IMG/VR virus record: IMGVR_UViG_3300020473_000021
Coordinates: 69,568 to 133,567 of that record
Source of the DNA: a virus
DNA length: 64,000 nt
Reading direction: 5' to 3' (one strand)
The position numbers and the translations under genes are program-made. The number at the start of each line of letters is the position of its first letter. Positions within the stretch are counted from its first letter, which is position 1. The notes under the pieces were generated by a model. That model saw only the letters and a program-made list of their open reading frames with translations, was not told where the DNA came from and made no database searches. Positions 20,401 through 30,135 of the stretch are shown one piece after another.

Positions 20401-21783
20401 GGTAATCGTCTTATCGGTAAGTTCCGTATACGTCGATACTTCTTCAGCTAACGTATCTGATGACATCCCGAATCGGCCTTCCTCCGTATAACGAGGAATC
20501 ATGTCAGCGATACGCTCTAATAACGCCAGTTCGCCTCTCTCTCGAAAACTGACCTTCTCACCCTCTAACTCTTTACGATCGATCTCCTTACGGAGCGACT
20601 CTACTCGAGCATCGACATTACCTGCAACTGATTGGGCTGCCCTATCTGTACCGCCTTGAGCAAGATATTCAAGGTCAGAACCTACTCTAGCTAAGGTATC
20701 GTTATCCTTAGTAAAGCGACCGATAAGTTTACCGATTTTACCAGCAGCCCAATTACCACCCTCACTACCTACAAGGTTACCTGCTAGGTCTAACGGGTCA
20801 ACACCATCCCCTGCCATATCCATCGTTTCGGCAGTTTCAGTAATGTTATCCGCTATCGATTGGGTAAAGTCGCTGACCTTACCTTTTATATTCTCAAATA
20901 GGTTACCAGTGAAATCTTGACTAAAGCCATATAGGCTATCGCCGATCTTACCTAGGGTTTTATCCCTAAGCATTTCACGTACCCGCTCAGAACCACGCAT
21001 CTTAAGAAATTCAGGCAGGGCTGTATTCTTACGAATATCAACCAATGACTGACCTGACTCTTCAGCATATTCCTTTAATAGCGAGTATTGGTCTTTAGCG
21101 ACGAAGTATTGACGGAATTGAAGTTCTAAAGATTTCTTTTGGAACTTCGATGCAATATCTTCTTGATAACCCACGACACGACCAATAGCTTCTTGGATGT
21201 GTTCAAGCTGGCTCTTATTGTCCAGATGACGCGCATCTTCTAAAGCACGGTCGGTCTGCTTCTCCGTTTGTTCCTCTACGTCATCCTGAGCTTTCTGCTC
21301 TTGTTGCGTTTGGAATATTTCACCTAACGTCGTTTGGATTTCATTTTCTTGAGGATCATAAGCTTCACCACGACTATCGTCTGGATCTTCTTTAGTCCAA
21401 CTATCAAGTTTATCATCCAACCACTTAGGGATATAAGGAGAAGCCTTTTCTCTTACTTTTCTCCCGATCTTTTTAGCATCTTTAGCCGCAGGTCTGAGTC
21501 GATCTTTTGCGGTATCGTATAGATCCTCGGCAGCATCGGCAGCATCAGTTACGCCTTGATACGCACTACCATAACCTTTCGGTAATGCATTATCTAACAG
21601 TTTCTTTTGTGTGCTGCGACTTATTGCCGACTGCTTGATGCCGTCAGCAAACCCACGACTTGCTCGATCGACGGGCGATCGGTCGGAGGGGTCTGATTCG
21701 GGATCATCAAAATCGAGATCGGGGAGATCCAGATCATCATCTAAATCATCATCTAGATCGAGGTCATGGTCTTCGTTAGCCAT
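14422..21783 (-). CDS. tape-measure-like tail protein (phiKZ gp181-like)
   Basis: ~2450 aa, helical and Gly-rich, with hydrophobic segment and two D(I/V)Y..G..EP repeats; divergent from the vRNAP genes as in phiKZ. Start at 21783 (AGGAG SD). Confidence 0.8.
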   Translation of the reverse strand: MANEDHDLDLDDDLDDDLDLPDLDFDDPESDPSDRSPVDRASRGFADGIKQSAISRSTQKKLLDNALPKGYGSAYQGVTDAADAAEDLYDTAKDRLRPAAKDAKKIGRKVREKASPYIPKWLDDKLDSWTKEDPDDSRGEAYDPQENEIQTTLGEIFQTQQEQKAQDDVEEQTEKQTDRALEDARHLDNKSQLEHIQEAIGRVVGYQEDIASKFQKKSLELQFRQYFVAKDQYSLLKEYAEESGQSLVDIRKNTALPEFLKMRGSERVREMLRDKTLGKIGDSLYGFSQDFTGNLFENIKGKVSDFTQSIADNITETAETMDMAGDGVDPLDLAGNLVGSEGGNWAAGKIGKLIGRFTKDNDTLARVGSDLEYLAQGGTDRAAQSVAGNVDARVESLRKEIDRKELEGEKVSFRERGELALLERIADMIPRYTEEGRFGMSSDTLAEEVSTYTELTDKTITETIPNLLSEILREAEMIRTGSSDAERQVYDFDKGQVVRESQLQDDIRQKIVDSGDVRGLTEKVNKVVDLLDGEGKLDNETRAKLADQIEKDVFQNKAFTIENYADADNLDMLSSDEADKVTQLINNQYMEDGKFKKDRKASEIRKDASKVYGDAKRGVPNYKEVIARSASTYGSGVLERAGLSEYTGKDGLHETRSETVRDIFKDLDDNRNVVRTEVQGSQRNVLDDISNADVGSSEPVYAPQPEVDVSRWDKLMDSAKQWVEPYLQVLWETMDESKAFIEGIYDFLIERFDGDPPDGSGGGTPPPGGSPWDRPTWTGPSGSSPWDRAVGSFKSMVTSPWDRDVGQPQPNVGFSESTYNPNSEGSMGEKLGTMAGNLFSKAKDKTEGLRSKASEYGNRALGEVESTYRRYRSSESVLDELKGDASRLTDSAKGKWDQARADLSERYEGSKLQGYVGKARSKFDEVSSDVNEFLLDNGIDVVKLAEDGEAYIQGLYQDAQAKGQPYVEELEKRLGALSDFSSEALEILSDKDARGEIYQDAKDKALDSLNTAKENAVNLSESIYDHMQTEEGRRELARRAGFVKDDLVSGISDRFDDIKGRVESSDIYTKFSPKVDDLSTRYGDLRKRVEQSETFTKFKPKLDEAKGRFDDARASMQDSFSDLKENAGSKVEQLRSYLTEHFGNSNGEVDEVVGQLDDSDISPDKVDELAGTARFRASFNRLLNNAKSRFFGGGGDEPPTGELPHPSDSEPSSGGRYSATDEPFRPWLDELKQHLDVKTEMLIRAIAAQDNRGVLGKTFDTLRSGAASVGSNLMGYYGKTFSGIGSLFKGAGQGAGNLLGGLFNKREKQSGSSTVADIYLEGVEEPIILARDLKRGLYSDLESGDPIHSFDDIDGAVINSDGDVVITSEDVEQGKLYVLSGKETRPIADFLKGGASLLGKGAKGLFGGYWNAARSIQSGIFTAVKKVGGFLPGLLFGKEKEKSAKDVYVKGETEPRLRAVIMKTGGYLSAETEEPIRTIQDIDGEVLDLDGNVVLSHEDIKKGLVDSRGKPLDLSTGKSNGLVQHAMNLTRKGLDMTVGLTKGVFKASKSVVKGIGGAVGGLFGGMFGGKLKGENAEKLLSDSEQQTQLLTEIRDLINERVNPPDKFFDQDDDGLRDGGWRSKLYGDKSKDDAEGKDGKDKGEFADKGNSILSKLGGLFGLGGGDGGDDGNDYSYVDVGGDGDNDKDRDKNRNNKNNKPKTKLGKLWQGVKNVGSRVGGALGLNAIGGGLKTAGSFLWNNVIRSGTSWAIRGLWALGTAAVSILGAPVALAVGAAVAIGAGAYFLYKWADQADLDDVNRARYTQYGADLENDEHVGMMYKLENFFQDYVVMPKDQPPKLEGVDPEDLLDEIDLDPEEDEEQIERFYQWLNDRFKPVYLSWIAAGQPYMEDFDVEDMEDQLEVKEKIEVMKRSKFEDGPDSPYRKMTSPYKEDSGVVGFSQVDRVYNEVMELLESQLEDEGEGESTDTSTAEAQTEKTEHTKEELMAMTPAERLRASASRQDNPRIKRKMLDAANRLEKRQGSKGTTLAGMAIAANGEGPIELQLQEGQVAELPDASLVNDAVGKTRIVTYGLQSTDETEKVQHLLELERVVKPMMQISNGKATFKGSRVKLFNEYASMFGRDPESDKDRTIWTEWFTKRFIPVLATYMSKMSAMKGSFYSPMSLKGQGPYEVASNMRSAVNGSQMSVWTVFAPPWPDYKLSDNSAQVREFLNELLTRKDQSSQADVQKSRPDFGKDETEELGRLGGQKADGYQTDAALFADFESPGSKPNEPNDTQGDTQRVEGDQESDGGLDPRGAADRLRAAAERQTNPRAKQMMLRKANELERGVYGSQYAKPTAVDDERDERAAVARQVLDRDARRQERSVAAAAAQNQVHNTKLTENTNRMVSILNQSVGVQKTMVDQLSQISSYLRDSTGAAKKDESQSKDKKDNKPKQRQNTTGNGDVKPAVNMNR

Positions 21784-21839
21784 AGACGATCTCCTTTGTG
21801 AAAAATACAATTTGTCATAGCATTTAAAGTGAGGACGCT

Positions 21840-23477
21840 ATGAGTATAGAGCGCTTACCCTTTAACATTAGTTTGTTAAAGTTAACTCCAGGACAGATAC
21901 GTTTATTAAAACCGATCACGAGTTTAGATACCGTAGATGCCCCCGGTTCAAGTGACTTTCATTCTGAAGGTCTTTTTTCAACTGAAATATTTGGGCGTGT
22001 AGGTGAAGACGCACGTGATGAGACCTTCGCTTATATACCACTTAAGACTAAGATACTTCATCCAATTGTTTATCAACGGCTTGAGCGTTTGAAGCGTCTA
22101 TATGCTGGGATATTATCAGGCAAAACCTATGCGGTTTGGGATGATAAAGAAAAAGACTTTGTGCAAAGTACTGAGGTGGAAGGAAAAACTGGTTTCCACT
22201 TCTTCATGTCTAAGTGGAAAGATATTGTCTTTAAGAAAGGCGATAGTGAGATACGTAACCAACGAATCGACTTGATCAATAAGTATCGAGAGGAAGCGGT
22301 CATCAGCGACGTACTTGTTATGCCTGCTGGGTTACGGGATGCTGAGATAGATGCTATCGGTCGAACTCAAGAAGATGAGATCAACACACACTACCGTCGA
22401 TTGATTGGTATTGTAAACACCATTGGTGATGGTAATAAGAATGATGGACCCATCCTTGATAATGCTCGGTACTCACTACAGATGACGTTTAATGAAATCT
22501 ACTTTACCATTGAGAAAATGTTAAGTGGTAAGAAAGGTTTCATTCAGAACAAATATGGTTCACGTCGAATCATGAATGGTACTCGTAACGTTATATCGGC
22601 GATGGAGTTGTCACCACCTGACTTAGATGAGTCTAACTTCCCTGAAGCAGACGATACAGTAGTGGGTCTATTCCAGTGTTCAAGAGGCGCACTCCCAATC
22701 ACCATCAATCGTTTGATGAACAATATTCTGCAACCGGCTTTTGGTGATGAGGAAGGTCAGGTAAAACTTATCGATCGAAAAACACTTCGTTCTGAGTTCG
22801 TTAATGTGTCTGCACAAACGTTTGACCGTTGGACTACTACTGAGGGTTTAGAAGCAGTTATCTCATCTCAAGAAATGACTGAGGCCCGTGCTAAACCTGT
22901 GGTTGTGGAAGATCGCTATTTAGCTTTGGTGTATAAACCTAAAGATCGTAAAGTGTTTAAGGTATTCTACGACATCGATGAGCTACCTGATGACTTTGAT
23001 AAAGATGACGTATATCCAATCACATTACATGAAATGATTTATTTGTGTAACTATAGTGGTTGGAATGATTTACGCATCCAATCAACTCGTTATCCGGTGA
23101 CCGGTGAAGAGAGTTCTTATCTATCGCGTGTCTTTGTACGAACCACAGTTAAGAGTGAAGAACGTGTCGAGTTGAACTCTAACTGGGAAGATCAAGAACC
23201 CAGTAAAGAGAATACAGCTTACGTTTATCCCGTATTCGAACCTGAGTCTTATATCGATTCTCAAATGGTTCATAGCTATCGCTTGGGTGGACTCGGTGGT
23301 GACTTCGACGGTGATACGGTATCGGGTAACATCATTTATACAAAAGAAGCAAAAGAAGAAGTTGATAAGTATCTCAACTCAAGAGAAGCCCACGTAGATC
23401 CATCAGGGGGACTGCGTGCGTCTGCCTCGATTGATACGATTCAGCTTGTTATGCACAATATGACTGGAGACGCGTGA
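21840..23477 (+). CDS. virion RNA polymerase beta' catalytic subunit (phiKZ gp180-like)
   Basis: EGLFSTEIFG, SGKKGFIQ, GTRNVIS and catalytic GGDFDGD motif. Confidence 0.92.
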   Translation: MSIERLPFNISLLKLTPGQIRLLKPITSLDTVDAPGSSDFHSEGLFSTEIFGRVGEDARDETFAYIPLKTKILHPIVYQRLERLKRLYAGILSGKTYAVWDDKEKDFVQSTEVEGKTGFHFFMSKWKDIVFKKGDSEIRNQRIDLINKYREEAVISDVLVMPAGLRDAEIDAIGRTQEDEINTHYRRLIGIVNTIGDGNKNDGPILDNARYSLQMTFNEIYFTIEKMLSGKKGFIQNKYGSRRIMNGTRNVISAMELSPPDLDESNFPEADDTVVGLFQCSRGALPITINRLMNNILQPAFGDEEGQVKLIDRKTLRSEFVNVSAQTFDRWTTTEGLEAVISSQEMTEARAKPVVVEDRYLALVYKPKDRKVFKVFYDIDELPDDFDKDDVYPITLHEMIYLCNYSGWNDLRIQSTRYPVTGEESSYLSRVFVRTTVKSEERVELNSNWEDQEPSKENTAYVYPVFEPESYIDSQMVHSYRLGGLGGDFDGDTVSGNIIYTKEAKEEVDKYLNSREAHVDPSGGLRASASIDTIQLVMHNMTGDA

Positions 23478-26400
23478 TGGTTGTTTATCCAACTTTCTAT
23501 CGCAAACACGGTATTTGGAAATCTCAGGATGTCGCTAGCCCAAGCGTTAGCGACTACTCTGAATTGGTTATGCCAAAAGAAAGTATCCTTCATTATCTTA
23601 CTTTTGAAGATTCTTCTATTGGTCCAGATCCAAATGATCCGTTCTTTGTGAATTCAGATAACCGAGTATTGGTAGAGCATGTGACTCAACATATCAAACC
23701 GATCGGTAATCCAAAACCCAATAAAGGCGTAACAGAAGAACGCCTTAAACGCGACTACCATCGTCGTTATCGTAAGATGCGTCCACTTAACGATTTCTCT
23801 CGTTCATTGAGAGATGAGAAAACACTTATCGTTGAGAACTACGCTGGGTTAAGTGACTTGTATATTTACATGCGTTCTGTTTATGGTCTTTACTATCGCA
23901 ACTACAACATTTTAAACACATTGTTTAAAGTAGTCAATGATCGTTGTAAAGATAATGAACGTCAACACTTTATTCCAGTAACGTTACCGCGTCGTTTACC
24001 TTCACTACAAATGTTGAAGAAAGCATCGGGTGAATATTCAAAGATACCACGCGACCTACTGACTGTATTCTCACAACCACAATACTTGATGGTTCTTGAG
24101 ATTTTCAAATGGTTAGGTGAAGATAGACAATATTCTACTTTGTCAAACATCGATCCTCAGAATTATGATAAGGTTAACTTCATTTGGATGGAGTCTGGTA
24201 AGTTTGTCGTATTCAATTTGGGTAAAGTCTTAGAGGTTACCCAAAACGAAGTTGGGGAAGATGACGAAGATGTAGGATCTAGTAAACTACAGCGTCTATT
24301 CCTACGTATGCTCATTTCTTTATTTGAACTTAGAAACGCTGGTGTCAAAACAAGTGTTAATGAGGGTGAGGAAGAAAAGCCGGAGGATTCTGATGAGGTT
24401 GAGGGTGTCTCGGTTAAAGGTAAATCGGAAGCGCAGGTTGATGAGGAGAAGATTGAGAAGGATATCGAGAAGTTAAGTGAGATATCTGATCGAGAAGTTC
24501 CCGAAGAAGAATTAACCTTTGATGATATTCCAGGCGACGTTAAAGATCCGACTGACTCATTAACCCAACGCATTCAACAGTTGGCAGAAGAAGGTGGTTT
24601 ATCTCCCGCTCAAGTTCGTCGTTATGAAAAGATCATTGAGAAGACACGCAATATACCTAACCCCTATGGCGATGGTAAATTGTTAGACTTCTCTAAGATT
24701 ACAGACGAAGATTTACAACTGTCAGAGGAAGAGATAAAACTTCCCGATGTGGCTGGTGTAACCGATGAGTCAATGACCGAATCGACACTTAAAGCGTTTG
24801 ATAGTAAATACCTAAATGAAGTATTGAAGAAAGACATCGTTAATTGCGCGATGGATATTCAGCGTGCAGGTGTAACGGTTTTAGCTTACGATGTGGAAGA
24901 AGTTAAAGACGCTGCTAACGATTATCAAGTCGTCACTATGCAGTTGTCACCTGTTGATGGTGAGACGTCTACCATCCGGTTTAAGGTTCCTAATGTTAAA
25001 GAAAATGGCGAGTTCGTTTCTAACAACGTTAAGTATCGTCTACGTAAGCAGAGGGCCGATAAACCCATCCGTAAAGTTTCGCCGTCGACCGTGTCGTTAA
25101 CGTCTTACTACGCTAAAGTGTTTGTTGATCGTTCTGAAAAGTCAGTGGTGAACTATCCACGCTGGATCATTAAACAGACGCTTGGTTTGTCTGAACAAGA
25201 GAATCCAGTCGTAACCGGAACTCGATTGGTTAATTGTTTCGACAATACTGTACGACTTCCTCGCATATACACCATTATGTCTGAACGCTTCCGAGAGTTC
25301 ACTGTTAATGGTCAATATCGTTTGTTTTTCGACTACAATAAACGTACCGAAGAGTTTGGTGAAGATTTCATCAAACAACACGAGCAGGAAGGATTCGTCG
25401 TTGCGGGCGTTAGTCTAGAACGTGGTAAGGCACCTATCTTGGTTGATGAGAATAATGTATTCTACATCAAGAAAGGCGACCAATTGGATATCCTAGGTCC
25501 TATCGAAACGATCTTGGGTCTCGATCCAAGTAAAGCACCGGTTGAGATTGCAGAGTTCCGTCTATTCTCTAAAACTATACCTGTGGCTATGGTGTTAGGT
25601 TTCCGTTTTGGTCTAAGTCGCCTCATGTCTTTGTTAGGCGTACAACCACGTCGAGTACCTGTTGGTTCTCAAGTGAACATGTCTGACAATGAGTTCGGCA
25701 TTCGCTTTGCTGATGAAACTTTGGTATTGACTAAAGACGACCCTAAAGCACAACTCATCTTAGCGGGATTTAATCGTTACCATAAAACCATTGCTCGATA
25801 TAACGTTGACAGTTTTGATGATCCTGAGATCTATGAAAATGTCTTAGAGGACAATGGTCTTCGCGTTGGCTTCATTCGAGAGCTTGAGCTTGCAATGGAT
25901 ATGTTTGTCGATCCTATCACTCGTGACTTACTTGAGCAGATGGGTGAACCTACCGCATTGGACCGTCTTCTCATTCGTGCTTGTGAATTGTTAACGATTG
26001 ATTGGCATCCAGATGAGACAGATATGGAAGCAATGCGTATTCGTGGATACGAACGTATGGCTGGTGCTGTGTTCTCAGAAATCACGCGAGGCGTCCGGCG
26101 CTATCGTTCTCGTGGTGTAGGTAGTAAAGCTAAGATCGAGATTAACCCTGAAGCCGTATGGCAGGTCATCAACCAAGATCCTAGTATTTCTCAAGTCGAA
26201 GAATCTAACCCGATTCAAAACTTGAAAGAAAAGGAATTGGTGACTTACATGGGTACGGGTGGCCGTAGTACACGAAGTATGGTTAAACATACTCGTCGCT
26301 ATCACCCATCTGACATGGGTGTAATCAGTGAGGCTACACCAGACTCAGGTGCGGTGGGTGTTAATACTTACCTGACAGCAAATCCACAGTTTGCTAACTT

Positions 26401-27625
26401 GCGTGGTTTAACCAACAAATATGAGTCGGGTAAAACGGGTGCGGCATCAATGTTGAGTACGTCTGCATTGTTAGCACCAGGTTCTGATATCGATGATCCT
26501 AAACGTGTTAACTTCGTGTCTATTCAAAATACTCACGTGGTTTCTGCTGAAGGCTATGAAACTATTCCACTGCGTACTGGCTATGAGCGGGTTATTGCGC
26601 ATCGCGTTGATGATCTGTATGCATATACAGCTAAGGCAGATGGTGAGATTGTAGCGGCAGATGATGAGCACGTTAAGGTGAAATATAAAGATGGTACTGA
26701 AGTTGCTGTCGAAATAGGGACTCGTTACGGTAGTGTTACTGGAACGACTGTACCACACCAAGTACGTTCTAACGTCAAGGTGGGCGATAAAGTCAAAGAA
26801 GGTAATGTCATTACGTATAACTCTGGGTTCTTTAGTGTCGATCCACTCGATCCTAAACAAGTACTTATGAAAGGCGGTATCTTAGTTAAGACGGCCATCA
26901 TGGAGCGTTCACACACGTTTGAAGATGCGTCAGTTATTTCTGAGAAACTATCTGCTCGATTAGGTACTAAAATAACTAAGGTAAGAACCGTGTTGGTTTC
27001 GTTTGACCAAAACATTCGTAACTTGGTTAAACCTGGAGATGAAGTCGACATCGATAGTCTTCTGTGTATGATCGAAGATTCATCAACAACAGACACTGAC
27101 TTGTTTAGTGAGGATAGCCTCGACAGCTTGAAGTTAATGTCGTCTAATGCACCAAAGGCTAAAGTGGCTGGTAAGGTCGAAAAGATCGAAGCGTTCTATC
27201 ATGGTGACATGGAAGATATGCATGAATCAGTTAAGTCTATTGCTAAACGTTCTGATCGTCAGAGAGTTAAGCGATTAAAAGCATTGGGTGAAAAGGCAAC
27301 GACAGGACAAGTAGATGGTACTGTTCGCATCGAGAAAGATCCTTTAGATATCGACACCATGGCGATTAAGATTTATATCACAAAAACGTTAGGTGCTGGT
27401 ATTGGCGATAAGGGCGTTCTTGGTAATCAGATGAAAACCGTCTTTAGTAGTGTCATGACAGGTACCAACCAAACTAAGTCAGGTACTGACCTTGATATGT
27501 TGTTTGGTTACATGAGTATCAACAACCGGATTGTGTTAAGTCCGGAACTCATGGGTACGACAAATACACTACTGAAACTTATGTCTAAGAAGGTTGCCGA
27601 CAAATACTTCGCCACGAAAAAGTAA
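23474..27625 (+). CDS. virion RNA polymerase beta subunit (phiKZ gp178-like)
   Basis: SEATPDSGAVG, DDPKRVNF, FEDASVIS and GDKGVLGNQMKT RpoB-like motifs. Confidence 0.92.
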   Translation: MMVVYPTFYRKHGIWKSQDVASPSVSDYSELVMPKESILHYLTFEDSSIGPDPNDPFFVNSDNRVLVEHVTQHIKPIGNPKPNKGVTEERLKRDYHRRYRKMRPLNDFSRSLRDEKTLIVENYAGLSDLYIYMRSVYGLYYRNYNILNTLFKVVNDRCKDNERQHFIPVTLPRRLPSLQMLKKASGEYSKIPRDLLTVFSQPQYLMVLEIFKWLGEDRQYSTLSNIDPQNYDKVNFIWMESGKFVVFNLGKVLEVTQNEVGEDDEDVGSSKLQRLFLRMLISLFELRNAGVKTSVNEGEEEKPEDSDEVEGVSVKGKSEAQVDEEKIEKDIEKLSEISDREVPEEELTFDDIPGDVKDPTDSLTQRIQQLAEEGGLSPAQVRRYEKIIEKTRNIPNPYGDGKLLDFSKITDEDLQLSEEEIKLPDVAGVTDESMTESTLKAFDSKYLNEVLKKDIVNCAMDIQRAGVTVLAYDVEEVKDAANDYQVVTMQLSPVDGETSTIRFKVPNVKENGEFVSNNVKYRLRKQRADKPIRKVSPSTVSLTSYYAKVFVDRSEKSVVNYPRWIIKQTLGLSEQENPVVTGTRLVNCFDNTVRLPRIYTIMSERFREFTVNGQYRLFFDYNKRTEEFGEDFIKQHEQEGFVVAGVSLERGKAPILVDENNVFYIKKGDQLDILGPIETILGLDPSKAPVEIAEFRLFSKTIPVAMVLGFRFGLSRLMSLLGVQPRRVPVGSQVNMSDNEFGIRFADETLVLTKDDPKAQLILAGFNRYHKTIARYNVDSFDDPEIYENVLEDNGLRVGFIRELELAMDMFVDPITRDLLEQMGEPTALDRLLIRACELLTIDWHPDETDMEAMRIRGYERMAGAVFSEITRGVRRYRSRGVGSKAKIEINPEAVWQVINQDPSISQVEESNPIQNLKEKELVTYMGTGGRSTRSMVKHTRRYHPSDMGVISEATPDSGAVGVNTYLTANPQFANLRGLTNKYESGKTGAASMLSTSALLAPGSDIDDPKRVNFVSIQNTHVVSAEGYETIPLRTGYERVIAHRVDDLYAYTAKADGEIVAADDEHVKVKYKDGTEVAVEIGTRYGSVTGTTVPHQVRSNVKVGDKVKEGNVITYNSGFFSVDPLDPKQVLMKGGILVKTAIMERSHTFEDASVISEKLSARLGTKITKVRTVLVSFDQNIRNLVKPGDEVDIDSLLCMIEDSSTTDTDLFSEDSLDSLKLMSSNAPKAKVAGKVEKIEAFYHGDMEDMHESVKSIAKRSDRQRVKRLKALGEKATTGQVDGTVRIEKDPLDIDTMAIKIYITKTLGAGIGDKGVLGNQMKTVFSSVMTGTNQTKSGTDLDMLFGYMSINNRIVLSPELMGTTNTLLKLMSKKVADKYFATKK

Positions 27626-27707
27626 GCTTAGTGCTTTAAGCTGAACAATCGTATGGTATTGTCGCGGTAAGCTTGACAAACACGTTTATCCATTCATGGG
27701 GTGTACA

Positions 27708-27956
27708 ATGAGTACTGAAAACAAAAATACAGTCGGGTCAGTTCCTACTGGCTCGGCGGGGGTGTCTAAGTTTGGCACCCTTACCGTCCTGTGTAACGCT
27801 ACTCAGTTAGGCAGTAACGTAATTAAAAATATCGCTGGTAACGACATCGCCAGTGGTTTTGATGGAGAAGAGATTTCTCCACGTGAGCTTCACAACATTT
27901 TCTCAGCTAAGTTGTCGAGCTACGTCAACAAAGGTAAGAGTGGGGGTCAACAATAA
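27708..27956 (+). CDS. small hypothetical protein (head-assembly operon)
   Basis: Coupled (TAATG) to the next gene; start at 27696 or 27708. Confidence 0.6.
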   Translation: MSTENKNTVGSVPTGSAGVSKFGTLTVLCNATQLGSNVIKNIAGNDIASGFDGEEISPRELHNIFSAKLSSYVNKGKSGGQQ

Positions 27957-29398
27957 TGCTCACTAATCAAGCACTGAATGCGGTTATGTTACCCGCTGAT
28001 AAACTCGAAGAATCTGGTCGGAGTCTATCTCCGATCCCAGGTACTGAATTGGCGAAGCTGTTTGATGCTTCGATTACCGCATCGACTGCGGCGAGCATCA
28101 GTACGATGGATACTGAGATTGCCGTACAAGAAATGATCGAAGGAAGTCAAGTAACTGATAATGGCGCAGTAACCCACGATGAGGTTATGGCGAACTCAGT
28201 TAACTTGGTTTCTAAAGTTGTATTGGCTAACCTCGACTTAGCTCGTAACCACGTTATCCCAACGACTAAGACACTCCGTGAAAAGTATCAAACTTACATG
28301 GAACGTGCTGAGTTGGATATCGCACAACCGGTTATGGTTATTCCAAATGTCTACCATGACATCTGGTCAACAAGTGAATTGCATGGTTTGGTAACCCGTT
28401 TTGAAAACGTACCGGTTAACCAATACAGTATGCGTTTCTCACTACCGCGTGTAACTGGTGATGAACTTCGCGCCATGATGAAAACTGGCATTGGTCAGTT
28501 AGATGAAATGGTTGATGGTTGGATTGAAGACATGCAAACTGATAAATTATTGCATGCTTACGATCGCATCTTCATCGAGGGTACACCAATCGGTAAAGTT
28601 CCTGGTGCTAACCACTTAACGGATACTGGACTTGATCGCAATGATCTATTGATCGCACACTTGATCAGTATTGGGTTTGAAGAAGAGATGCCGGATGGCG
28701 TTAACGCTGATCTATCGAGTCTGCGTGAAGCGTTGTCTAATGTACGTCGTCAAAGCGGTCGTGCCATCGTTGGTATCTTAAATCGTCGCGAGCGTGACAT
28801 TCGTCAGAAGATTCTTTCTTTTGCGGTAACAAACGTTCCTTGGGAATTCGCTACCAACAAGACTCGTGTAACCGTCCAACTGAACAATGATGTTTATATC
28901 AAGTTCCTTGAAGAAGGTGGTTCGGTAGAAACTATTTATGGTGCGGCACTTAAAGGTGATCGTGTAGACTACAATGCGTTGCTTGAGAAGAAAGCGATGT
29001 ATGAGCAGTTCTATGAGCGTCGCATTAGCTTACATCGCCAGGAGGTAGGTTCTAAAGTCTATATGGCTCAACAGGAAGCTGCTCGCCTTGCGATGCGTGA
29101 CCTTGTTAATGAACTGGAAGAAGATCAACTACCTTATAGTCGTTCTGACTTACACGCTAAAGCACGTGAGCGTTTAGGTTGTTATGAACCTCGCTACTTT
29201 AAAGATGAAGTCTATGTACTTCGTAGTTTGGTATGCGAAGTTCTATATTCTGACACCAACGTTAAGATGGTACTGGATGCTATGGATGCTGCTGAACAAA
29301 GCGATCCTGAGATCAGTCCACGTGAGTGTGCATTACACGCAACAATCGATTTAATTGCTCGTTGGTTAGCAAGTCAAATCAACGTCAACTACAAATAA
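27956..29398 (+). CDS. conserved phiKZ-like protein (gp177-like position)
   Basis: 480-aa ORF between the vRNAP and protease genes. Confidence 0.65.
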   Translation: MLTNQALNAVMLPADKLEESGRSLSPIPGTELAKLFDASITASTAASISTMDTEIAVQEMIEGSQVTDNGAVTHDEVMANSVNLVSKVVLANLDLARNHVIPTTKTLREKYQTYMERAELDIAQPVMVIPNVYHDIWSTSELHGLVTRFENVPVNQYSMRFSLPRVTGDELRAMMKTGIGQLDEMVDGWIEDMQTDKLLHAYDRIFIEGTPIGKVPGANHLTDTGLDRNDLLIAHLISIGFEEEMPDGVNADLSSLREALSNVRRQSGRAIVGILNRRERDIRQKILSFAVTNVPWEFATNKTRVTVQLNNDVYIKFLEEGGSVETIYGAALKGDRVDYNALLEKKAMYEQFYERRISLHRQEVGSKVYMAQQEAARLAMRDLVNELEEDQLPYSRSDLHAKARERLGCYEPRYFKDEVYVLRSLVCEVLYSDTNVKMVLDAMDAAEQSDPEISPRECALHATIDLIARWLASQINVNYK

Positions 29399-29408
29399 GG
29401 AGTAAGCG

Positions 29409-30125
29409 ATGAACTTAGATGCATACAAACGCGATGCTTCCAAAGTTCAAGCCTATCTCAAAGAGTTGAAAGATGGTAGTGTGATTACGACGAAGGGATG
29501 TAAGATCTACATCCCGACTCGTTTTCGCGATAAGAGTCTTGCGACAATCGGTAAGGAGACCTATATTCTAGGTCTCTTTATGATCGCTGTTGAAGATAAG
29601 TATTATGCGGTTAATAATGTTAATGCAATGATCCGCATCGAACCGAGTTCCATCAATACGGTATCGATTGATAACAAAGACTATTTTGAATTTGTATTCG
29701 AACAAAACGATACGGTATTTCCATCGACCGATTTAGTTAAAGACGATACGCTTTTGTATTACATCTTTGATGAGGTCGTTAGTAAGGGTAACATTCCTGC
29801 TTACCTTAACTATTTGGACTTGGGACATCTATTTGACACCGCACAAGAGTTTGCTGGGGTTAAATTAGTTAGCACACCAACAGTCATGCATATGCTACTT
29901 TCTAAGTTAGCACGTGATCCAGGTGATCTAAATACTTATTTCCGACAGGTATCCAACGGCGATGATTTGGATAATGCAAAATTCTTACAACTTCGAAGCA
30001 GTACGCATGGCGCTACCAACACCACAGCCCGAATGATGGGTAGTTACTTCTCAGATAACATCACCAGCGCTTTGGTCAACCCGGCTGGTCGAGAAGAAAA
30101 CATTGAACGCATCTTAAGAAGTTAA
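29409..30125 (+). CDS. conserved phiKZ-like protein (gp176-like)
   Basis: 238-aa ORF immediately upstream of the prohead protease; AGGAG SD. Confidence 0.65.
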   Translation: MNLDAYKRDASKVQAYLKELKDGSVITTKGCKIYIPTRFRDKSLATIGKETYILGLFMIAVEDKYYAVNNVNAMIRIEPSSINTVSIDNKDYFEFVFEQNDTVFPSTDLVKDDTLLYYIFDEVVSKGNIPAYLNYLDLGHLFDTAQEFAGVKLVSTPTVMHMLLSKLARDPGDLNTYFRQVSNGDDLDNAKFLQLRSSTHGATNTTARMMGSYFSDNITSALVNPAGREENIERILRS

Positions 30126-30135
30126 GGAATTTACA

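Noticed and set aside
6385-27625. Fragmented RNA polymerase genes as pseudogenes or intron-split genes
   Set aside because: Split beta/beta' subunits are the normal state in phiKZ-like phages; the ORFs are intact and no intron or intein is evident.
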